DNA of 32,000 nt, taken from NCBI RefSeq assembly GCF_003945235.1, contig NZ_RSDW01000001.1, positions 1,410,001 through 1,442,000 of the forward strand, given 5' to 3'. Shown here one piece after another: positions 25,355 through 32,000 of the stretch; the stretch's first letter is position 1; every line of letters begins with the position of its first letter. The stretch is from Edaphobacter aggregans (GTDB taxonomy: Bacteria > Acidobacteriota > Terriglobia > Terriglobales > Acidobacteriaceae). A program made the position numbers and the translations under genes. The notes beneath the pieces are model-generated. The model did not search any database and was not told where the DNA came from. It was given only the letters and a program-made list of their open reading frames with translations.

Positions 25355-27544
25355 ATGGCACGTCCACGCCGCACTCTCCTGATCGTTCTCGGTAGCATCC
25401 TGGCCCTCATTGTGGCCGTGGTACTCGCGATTCCGCTCTTCCTGAGCGCCGACGCCTTCCGTACCGAAATCGAATCCACTCTCTCCACCTCCCTCGGCCG
25501 CAAAGTCTCCCTTGGCAAGCTCGATCTATCGGTTTGGTCCGGCAGCCTTATTGCACAAAACTCCACCGTAGCAGATGATCCTGCCTTCAGCGCCCAGCCT
25601 TTTTTTGAGACCTCTCTTGTAAAAATCAAGGTTGAGCTACTTCCGCTCCTCATCCGTCACGAGATCCACATCACTGGATTCACCATTGATTCACCACACA
25701 TCACTCTGCTGCGAGCCGCGAATGGCACATGGAACTACTCCACCATCGGTAGTGCAGCCCACAAGCCTACGACGACCAAGCAATCCAACACTGCGATCCC
25801 GAATCTTACTGTTGGCCACCTCACCATCACCAACGGTCAGATGACCGTCAACATTGCACCCGCACCTGGCGAACCCGCCACTCCCCGACGCACCTACGAC
25901 CAACTTAACATCGATGCCAAGGACTTTGCCTTCGACAAATCCTTCCCCTTCAGCGTTTCCGCGCGTCTTCCTGGTGACGGAACCATTTCCGCCAGCGGCA
26001 CTGCGGGCCCCGTGAACCAACACGACGCCTCGCTTACTCCCTTCAGCGCCCATTTCGAGCTCAAGCACCTTGACCCCCTCGCCTCGGGCTTCGTCGATAA
26101 CACCGCGGGAATCACCGGGCTCATCAATGTCATCGACGTCCAGGCCATCTGGAACGGCCAGCAGCTTCATGTCGCCGACCTGCTTATCGACACTCCCAAG
26201 CTCACCCTCGTCCGTACCAATACCCCAACCGCGGCCAAGCCGCCGTCGCCGCCCAATAGCAACGACATGCTCAGCACCCTCACGGCGGATCACCTTCAGG
26301 TCAAGAATGGCGCCATTACAATTACCGCGCCCGGTCAGGCAACACCCGGTGTCTACCAGCAACTCAACGCGGAGATCACCAACTTTTCACCGAACACTGG
26401 GTCGCCCTTTAAGCTAAGCGCCCAGATCCCCGGCGGCGGCTCGCTCACTGCTGACGGAAACGCAGGTCCACTCAACCATGGTAATCCAGCGGCAACACCC
26501 CTCAATGCCCATGCTACTCTCACACATGTCGACCTCGCATCCAGTGGAATTATCGCCCCTGACGCTGGCGTCAGCGGTCTTGCCAACGTCGACCTCCGCG
26601 CCCTCTCTGACGGCCAGACCTTGAACGCTAACATCTCCGCGAATGTACAGGGACTTCGGCTTGCGAAAAACGGCTCGCCCTCGCCTAAGCCCGTCGATCT
26701 ACAGCTGACGGTTGCCCAGAACATGCAATCTCTTACCGGCCAGATTTCGCGAGCCGTTATTACTATCGGGCATGCAGTCATCAATGTCACTGGCACTTAT
26801 CAGACCAGCGGACCCACTACCGCACTCAATCTGCAAGTCAGCGGTCAGTCGGTCCCTATCGACGAGCTTGAGGCGTTCCTTCCCGCCGTTGGCGTTCATC
26901 TTCCTACCGGTTCCCGGCTTCAGGGGGGAACACTGACCACATCACTCAACGTCACAGGCTCCAGTGCCAATCCCATCATCAACGGGCCGGTCCGCCTCGA
27001 CAACACTAACCTCGCGGGCTTCAACCTTGGTTCCAAACTGTCCGCCATTACCGCGCTAACGGGTGCCAAAACCGGCTCCGTCACCGCCATCCGTTCACTT
27101 AGCACGAACATCCGCGTGGCCAATGGCGACGTCCGTACCGACAACCTATCTCTCGTAGTCCCTGCTCTCGGGACGGCCACCGGAGCCGGGACGGTGAGCG
27201 CAGTTGGAGCGCTCAACTATCAGGTTGTCCTCAAGCTCACCGGTCTTGTCGGCGGCGGTAACGGTGCTGCAGGAGCCGGCGGCATAGCAGGTCAGCTCAT
27301 GGCCTTAATACCCAATGGTGGCGCTGCCGGTTCTATCGGGGGTCTTGCCACGAACGCCGTCAAGAACGGCATCCCCGTCGCCATCGGCGGCACGACTTCC
27401 AATCCCACCTTCACTCCGAACCTTGGCGGACTCATGAGCAGTGGAGCGAGCAGCCTCACTAAAGGCAGCCAGCCCACCAGCAAAGGGCAAAGCACAACAG
27501 ATTCACTTACCAACGCTCTCGGGGGCCTCCTCAAGCAACACTAA
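25355..27544 (+). CDS. AsmA-family outer-membrane biogenesis / lipid-transfer protein
   Basis: 729-aa ORF. It has an N-terminal anchor RRTLLIVLGSILALIVAVVLAIPLFL followed by DAFRTEIESTLSTSLGRKVSLGKLDLSVWSG, which is an AsmA-like start. The body is a long repetitive beta-rich region with an internal duplication (PGDGTISASGTAGPVN... and PGGGSLTADGNAGPLN...). Confidence 0.72.
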   Translation: MARPRRTLLIVLGSILALIVAVVLAIPLFLSADAFRTEIESTLSTSLGRKVSLGKLDLSVWSGSLIAQNSTVADDPAFSAQPFFETSLVKIKVELLPLLIRHEIHITGFTIDSPHITLLRAANGTWNYSTIGSAAHKPTTTKQSNTAIPNLTVGHLTITNGQMTVNIAPAPGEPATPRRTYDQLNIDAKDFAFDKSFPFSVSARLPGDGTISASGTAGPVNQHDASLTPFSAHFELKHLDPLASGFVDNTAGITGLINVIDVQAIWNGQQLHVADLLIDTPKLTLVRTNTPTAAKPPSPPNSNDMLSTLTADHLQVKNGAITITAPGQATPGVYQQLNAEITNFSPNTGSPFKLSAQIPGGGSLTADGNAGPLNHGNPAATPLNAHATLTHVDLASSGIIAPDAGVSGLANVDLRALSDGQTLNANISANVQGLRLAKNGSPSPKPVDLQLTVAQNMQSLTGQISRAVITIGHAVINVTGTYQTSGPTTALNLQVSGQSVPIDELEAFLPAVGVHLPTGSRLQGGTLTTSLNVTGSSANPIINGPVRLDNTNLAGFNLGSKLSAITALTGAKTGSVTAIRSLSTNIRVANGDVRTDNLSLVVPALGTATGAGTVSAVGALNYQVVLKLTGLVGGGNGAAGAGGIAGQLMALIPNGGAAGSIGGLATNAVKNGIPVAIGGTTSNPTFTPNLGGLMSSGASSLTKGSQPTSKGQSTTDSLTNALGGLLKQH

Positions 27545-27547
27545 AGA

Positions 27548-28318
27548 CTAGCGTACGCGGCTTTCGGCCATCTTTGTTGCTTCGTAGATCTGGTCGAAGG
27601 ATTCGACAGCGTAGAGTACGGGCTGCATGGCTCCGGTGTTGAACTCCTGGTCGAGGACGGTGTCAAGGTTGAAGTCCTTCACCTCGCATCCGCCTGCCAG
27701 GACTCGGGTGCATTCGCCGTGTGAGCTGATCAAGCCGCTGCCGTAGACCTTTATCTCGCCGTCCTGGCGGATCAATCCGAACTCGACGGTAAACCAGAAG
27801 AGGCGACCCATGCGCTCGAGAGCGATGGGATCGGACATAAGGCCTGCGCAGATCTTGCCGTAGTGCTGGAGGAAGTTTCCGAAGACGGGATGGGCGTGCA
27901 TGGGTACGTGGCCGAAGACGTCGTGAAAGATGTCGGGTTCGGGGGTGTACTCCATGGAGTCGCGCGAGCGAAGCCATGTGGTGGTCGGGAACATCCGAGC
28001 GGCGAGCATCTCGAAGAAGGCGTCGGGCGGAAGGAAGCCACTTACTGGGGTGGACTGCCAGCCGGTGCGAGGAGCGAGCCGGGCGCTGACGGCCTTGAGG
28101 TCCGGCAAGCGATCCTCGCGAAGGCCGATCTGCTCGAAGCCGTCGAGATACTCGCGGCAGGCATGTTGGCGGAGCTGAGGCATTCGGCGGCTGACCAGCT
28201 CGGCCCAGATGGCGTGCTGTTCAGGAGTATATGCGGCCCAATCCTGCTCAATCAGAAACGGCGCTGCTACCTTCAACGACCCCTGCGCCAAGTTCAAACC
28301 CGAAGTGGCAATTCCCAT
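27548..28318 (-). CDS. phhA: Phenylalanine 4-hydroxylase (bacterial aromatic amino-acid hydroxylase)
   Basis: 256-aa ORF. It carries EPDIFHDVFGHVPMH (iron-ligand His pair), REYLDGFEQIGL and RLFWFTVEFGLIRQDGEIKVYGSGLISS. It is collinear with my memory of Pseudomonas PhhA. Confidence 0.9.
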   Translation of the reverse strand: MGIATSGLNLAQGSLKVAAPFLIEQDWAAYTPEQHAIWAELVSRRMPQLRQHACREYLDGFEQIGLREDRLPDLKAVSARLAPRTGWQSTPVSGFLPPDAFFEMLAARMFPTTTWLRSRDSMEYTPEPDIFHDVFGHVPMHAHPVFGNFLQHYGKICAGLMSDPIALERMGRLFWFTVEFGLIRQDGEIKVYGSGLISSHGECTRVLAGGCEVKDFNLDTVLDQEFNTGAMQPVLYAVESFDQIYEATKMAESRVR

Positions 28319-28512
28319 AGAACGTCCTGACCTAACCCGTTAGTGCCATCGAGAGGATACTCTTTCCGGGCTATTCTTGCCTTGCTGTTGCCAGGTCTGT
28401 CGCTCTCGCCCATGCTTTATGAGTGCTTGTGGTTTTAGACTTCTGACATCTGACTTCGTACTGGGAGAACGTTATTCTGAAGACTACAACCCTGCTCGCC
28501 TGGCTTGCCGTT

Positions 28513-29805
28513 TTGTTGGCCTCCGTTCTGTTTGTCTTCCGCGGGCCTTTGCGAGCCAATAGTAATGAAGTCAATGACTTTGCAGCGCCTTATGCTTCGG
28601 CGCGGCTGTGGATGCAAGGACAGAACCCTTACGACGCTAACCTTTTTTTCCCGACGTGGCGGGCGGCTGGTGCCCCGAGGGGGGAAGTGCCCTATAACGA
28701 GTCGGGGACGCATTCGGTCTATCCGCCGCCAAGCCTGGTGGTGATTCTTCCACTGGCCTTGCTGCCCTGGCCTGTGGCTTCACTGACGCTCGTCTGGATG
28801 AGCGCTGCGGTTTACGTTATTGCGGTGGTGCTGCTTGCGTCGTTTGTGGGTAGCAGCTGGCGAGATGTGGGCAAACCACTGTTTGTGGCGTTTGGGCTTG
28901 CCTTTGCTCCGGCGCAGTCGGCATTGCATGTGACGAATCTCGCCTGCTTGTCTGCCAGCCTGATGTTCCTTGCGATCTATCTGCTTGCAAAGCGGCTTCC
29001 TGCAAGCAATCGTTCGCAGGTGCCGGCGGCTGTATTCCTTGCGCTGTCGATCTGCCTGAAGGCTGCGCTTGGGCTGCTCCTAGTGCCTTACCTGCTCTGG
29101 GCACGTGCGTGGCGCGCGCTTGCCGCGACGGTCTTGATCGTTGGTGTTGCTACGGCAGTCTCCCTTTATCCTTCCCTGAAGAGCGGTTCGGCCTGGTTCG
29201 ACAGCCTTCGATTCAACTCTTCGGTAGCCTTTGATAACAGTGGATCTTCTGACGTTGCCGAGACCAATCTCAACCGCTTTGACAGCATCGATCTACAGAT
29301 TCCGATCTACTCCATGACACACCATCGCAAAATGACTACTGCGATTGGCTGTCTGATTGGTGGGGGGCTGTTGGTGCTTTGGTTTCTCTGCAAAGATCCG
29401 GATCGTTCGCTCGATCAGCATCTATTGCGGATGGGATCACTGTTCGCGATTGGATTGCTTCCTGTCTATCAGCGTTATTACATGGCGGTGTTGCTGTTGG
29501 TTCCGCTCATTTGGGCGTTGCGGAATCTGGAGTTGCGAGCCGCTCGGTGGGTGATAGCCTGTTGCGCGGTGTTCCTGGTCAATACCGAGGTGCTGCTGCA
29601 GCGGATTGGTCTGATTCGCGCCATTATGGTCCACCATCCTCATGTCGCGAATATTCTTGTCGGCCCTCATCTTTGCTGGCTGCTGCTTGGGCTGGCTTGC
29701 CTACTGGTGCACACGCTCCGGGACTTCAGCGAGGCTGCCGTTCCGTCCCGGGGCTACCCCATTGGGTACCGAATGGATGCAAAGTATTCGAAACAGATAC
29801 TTTAG
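28513..29805 (+). CDS. Polytopic membrane glycosyltransferase, GT87 / DUF2029 family (start uncertain)
   Basis: 430-aa ORF beginning at a TTG. NDFAAPYASARLWMQGQNPYD is the typical DUF2029 first-loop motif, and many TM helices follow. The in-frame open sequence upstream (from 28447) already encodes a TM-like LLAWLAVLLASVLFVF, so the real start is probably further 5' at a non-canonical codon. Confidence 0.65.
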   Translation: MLASVLFVFRGPLRANSNEVNDFAAPYASARLWMQGQNPYDANLFFPTWRAAGAPRGEVPYNESGTHSVYPPPSLVVILPLALLPWPVASLTLVWMSAAVYVIAVVLLASFVGSSWRDVGKPLFVAFGLAFAPAQSALHVTNLACLSASLMFLAIYLLAKRLPASNRSQVPAAVFLALSICLKAALGLLLVPYLLWARAWRALAATVLIVGVATAVSLYPSLKSGSAWFDSLRFNSSVAFDNSGSSDVAETNLNRFDSIDLQIPIYSMTHHRKMTTAIGCLIGGGLLVLWFLCKDPDRSLDQHLLRMGSLFAIGLLPVYQRYYMAVLLLVPLIWALRNLELRAARWVIACCAVFLVNTEVLLQRIGLIRAIMVHHPHVANILVGPHLCWLLLGLACLLVHTLRDFSEAAVPSRGYPIGYRMDAKYSKQIL

Positions 29806-29822
29806 GTTCGGACTTCGGTCTG
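29779..29822 (+). repeat. Direct repeat, copy 1 (overlaps the GT87 stop codon)
   Basis: GCAAAGTATTCGAAACAGATACTTTAGGTTCGGACTTCGGTCTG. It matches copy 2 at 40 of 44 positions. Degenerate similarity extends about 25 nt upstream and 14 nt downstream. Confidence 0.85.
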
Positions 29823-29956
29823 CACCGTGTTCCCCGGGTCAAGTGGCTGAAGTTGCGATCGCGTGCTGAGGATGGCTCGTTTACTGCTGCCTATGTTCTG
29901 GAACTTCGTGAGTCTTTCGTTTCTTTCAGTGCTGTCCCCTTCGGTACTGTTTCGAC

Positions 29957-30000
29957 GCAAAGTATTCGAAATGGATACTTTAGGTCTGGACTTCGGTCTG
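29957..30000 (+). repeat. Direct repeat, copy 2 (178 nt downstream of copy 1)
   Basis: GCAAAGTATTCGAAATGGATACTTTAGGTCTGGACTTCGGTCTG. It lies in the intergenic region, immediately before a terminator-like hairpin. Confidence 0.85.
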
Positions 30001-30019
30001 TAATGTTTCGCTAAAAGCG

Positions 30020-30050
30020 GAACCCCGCCAGCGCGGGGTTCGTTTGGGCT
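30020..30050. terminator. Rho-independent terminator-like hairpin (could serve either strand)
   Basis: GAACCCCGC (30020-30028) and GCGGGGTTC (30033-30041) form a perfect 9-bp GC-rich stem with a 4-nt loop. GTTTGGGCTT follows on the plus strand and CGCTTTTAGC on the minus strand. Confidence 0.55.
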
Positions 30051-30474
30051 TATGGTTTAATAAGTATAGCAAGTAGAGAGTAATTTCTTGGCAAGCGTAT
30101 GTTGCTGATTATGTGATGGTTATACTGATAATGAGCTTGACAGGATTTTGCTGAGTCGCCTAATCGAGAAGCTCGTTTTACGGACATGTGCCATTCAGCC
30201 GACACCAGCTCCGGGTGAGAGATGGCACTAGGAACGAAGGATTCTTGCCCACTTTGTTAGCGGGAGTCGTTCTGGCTCCCATCTCTTCCAGGAAGAGATC
30301 GCCTCCGTGCCAACAATCGCCCTTCGGCCATAGGGCGAGCGTGGTCAGGAACGGCACTTTGGAAACCGCCGTCCATGCGTAGGTGTAATCCTGATCCTTG
30401 AACGTGCGGCCCGGGATCTTTCTTTGATAGAAAAGATTGCTGGGGTTCGACGATTTTGTGCGACTATCCCACCC

Positions 30475-31896
30475 ATGGCTTTGCCCCAGTCCGAAGCAGC
30501 AGCGGAGCTCGGTTCCCATGCGCTTTACCGGCGGCTGCGCCTGCGCGATCTCGTTCTGACACAGATTCTGTGCGTCGTCGGTAGTTCGTGGGTGGGGGTT
30601 GCGGCTGGTCTCGGGCGCGCGCAAGCTGTGATGTGGATGGCTGCCATGCTGGTGTTTTATCTGCCTATGGCGGCGTCGGTCGTGTGCCTGAACCGTGAGA
30701 TGCCGCTCGAAGGCGGACTTTACGTTTGGGCGAGGACGGCGTTTGGGGATCTGGGTGGCTTTATGACGGCGTGGAACATTTGGGTCTACGGAATCGTCAT
30801 CACTGCCACTATTCTGTATGCCATTCCCTCTGAGCTTGCTTACCTGATCGGCCCTTCGGCTGCGTGGCTTCCTGATAGCCGGGTTGCTGCGCTCAGCATC
30901 GTTGGGTTCATTGTTGTTGCTGTTACCGCTGCGGCGGTTCGAGGCCTTGAGCTTGGTAAGTGGATCCACAATGTCGGCGGACTCTCGATTCTTTTTGTCT
31001 ATGCGTCGCTGATTCTGCTTCCCGTGTGGGCGCTGTCGCGACACATGCATATTCATTGGGAGCCGCTGCAGCTGCAACTGCCGCAACTGAATCTATATTC
31101 GCTGGCGCTGTTCGGTCAGATGATTTTTGGGGCGCTGTGCGGGCTGGAGTACATTGCGATTCTCGCCGGGGAGAGTAGGTCGCCTGCACGGTCTATTGGC
31201 CAGTCGGTAATTATTTCATCGCCGATTATCTGCGCGATGTTCATTCTTGGGACCAGCTCTGTTGTTGCGTTCAGTCAGGGCAAGATTAATTTCATCGCTC
31301 CGATTCCTCAGACGCTGAGGTTGGCGCTGGGCGACCATGGGTTGGGGAATGTCTTCGCCATCGTTGCGATTATGCTGCTGCAGTTCCGGCTGATTGCGGC
31401 TGCGAGTTTCATCTTTACCGGAGTTACGCGGCTTCCGATGGCTGCGGGCTGGGACCACCTGATTCCGTCGTGGTTCACGCGGCTGCATCCTCGGTACCGA
31501 ACGCCGGTTAACTCTATTGTCTGCACGTGTGTGATTATCCTTCTGCTGCTTGTGCTGTCGAACGTTGGGGTTCATGCGCAGGAGGCGTTTCAGGTTTTGT
31601 CCAACGCGGGGATTACTCACTACGAGCTTGCTTATATGTCTATGTTTGCTATTCCTCTGGTGGCGGGCGGAACGCTTCGTGCGGCGCTGCCTCGGTGGCT
31701 CAGGTGGACTTCGATTGCTGGGCTTTGCGCGACGCTGTTCAGCTTCTTTATTTCGGCTTACCCGTTTGTCGAGGTGGTTGATCCGCGTGCGTATGCTGCG
31801 AAGATTCTTGGGACTACGTTGCTCAGTAACGCTCTGGGATATACCTTTTACCGTATTCGCCGGGACAGGCCGGTTGTCAGATCAGCTGACCACTAG
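30475..31896 (+). CDS. APC-superfamily amino-acid/polyamine permease
   Basis: The ORF track starts at TTG 30424. The first ATG, at 30475, gives MALPQSEAAAELGSHALYRRLRLRDLVLTQILCVVGSSWVG. The protein has about 12 hydrophobic segments. The blocks EMPLEGGLYVWARTAFGDLGGFMTAWNIWVY are typical of the APC family. Confidence 0.8.
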   Translation: MALPQSEAAAELGSHALYRRLRLRDLVLTQILCVVGSSWVGVAAGLGRAQAVMWMAAMLVFYLPMAASVVCLNREMPLEGGLYVWARTAFGDLGGFMTAWNIWVYGIVITATILYAIPSELAYLIGPSAAWLPDSRVAALSIVGFIVVAVTAAAVRGLELGKWIHNVGGLSILFVYASLILLPVWALSRHMHIHWEPLQLQLPQLNLYSLALFGQMIFGALCGLEYIAILAGESRSPARSIGQSVIISSPIICAMFILGTSSVVAFSQGKINFIAPIPQTLRLALGDHGLGNVFAIVAIMLLQFRLIAAASFIFTGVTRLPMAAGWDHLIPSWFTRLHPRYRTPVNSIVCTCVIILLLLVLSNVGVHAQEAFQVLSNAGITHYELAYMSMFAIPLVAGGTLRAALPRWLRWTSIAGLCATLFSFFISAYPFVEVVDPRAYAAKILGTTLLSNALGYTFYRIRRDRPVVRSADH

Positions 31897-32000
31897 GCCG
31901 ATTCTTTGGACCAGTCTTCGCCGCGGGCTTCGCGGCCGAGGGCGGTCACGGTGGCTACGGCGAGTGAGCCTATGACCACGGCTCCTGCCATGACGTAGGT
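31893..32000 (-). CDS. C-terminal 35 codons of an unidentified protein. Partial: the N-terminus lies beyond the window.
   Basis: Absent from the ORF track because it is edge-truncated. The minus-strand frame is open from 32000 and reads ...TYVMAGAVVIGSLAVATVTALGREARGEDWSKESA*. This is a hydrophobic helix plus a charged tail. Its stop shares the palindromic CTAG (31893-31896) with the permease stop. Confidence 0.3.
   Translation of the reverse strand, partial: TYVMAGAVVIGSLAVATVTALGREARGEDWSKESA

Noticed and set aside
30190-30420. A glycine- or amino-acid-riboswitch-like sequence (GAGAGATGGCAC...GAACGAAGG) lies ahead of the amino-acid permease.
   Set aside because: The resemblance to the GGAGAG...CACCGAAGGGGCAA core is loose, with insertions and mismatches. 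No second aptamer or convincing stems could be built by eye.
30178-31086. A 302-aa minus-strand ORF lies antisense to the APC permease.
   Set aside because: It is Arg/Pro/Asn/His-rich and low-complexity, and it mirrors the hydrophobic permease codons. The permease frame has clear family motifs. Only the non-overlapping 3' part (30178-30423) is kept as a low-interest observation.

Overview
This window looks like a chromosomal segment of a moderately high-GC soil bacterium. The gene content suggests Acidobacteriota/Terriglobia, but that is an inference, not a test. It is densely coding. I call 20 CDSs, including two edge-truncated genes absent from the ORF track: a GT4 glycosyltransferase on the minus strand at 1-1115, and an unknown C-terminus on the minus strand at 31893-32000. 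There are also two tRNAs, Asp-GTC and Val-TAC. Housekeeping and accessory genes are an epimerase, a secreted beta-helix (GH55-like) protein, a TAT-exported GH95 fucosidase-family enzyme, a beta-CASP MBL RNase, a YdjC-family deacetylase next to bshA, a LytS-type kinase, ribA, asmA, phhA, a GT87/DUF2029 membrane glycosyltransferase and an APC permease. The most interesting region is 7.3-18.4 kb. It holds a GAF-GAF sigma-54 enhancer-binding protein flanked by two near-consensus -24/-12 promoters, each preceded by TTGGCAG/CTGCCAA palindromes. One promoter faces a small STAS protein. The other faces a four-gene operon. That operon encodes a radical-SAM/twitch enzyme, a 597-aa Cys-motif subunit, a 1236-aa fusion of two BcrAD/BadFG-type activase ATPases with a DUF2229-type module (BCR/HAD superfamily, PlsA/PlsR-like architecture), and an FtsX/MacB-type permease with no ATPase. 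I propose it is a tightly regulated, oxygen-sensitive reductive system, possibly for lipid remodelling (ether or membrane-spanning lipids). Its function cannot be read from sequence alone. No CRISPR array, transposase, integrase or recognisable defence system was seen.
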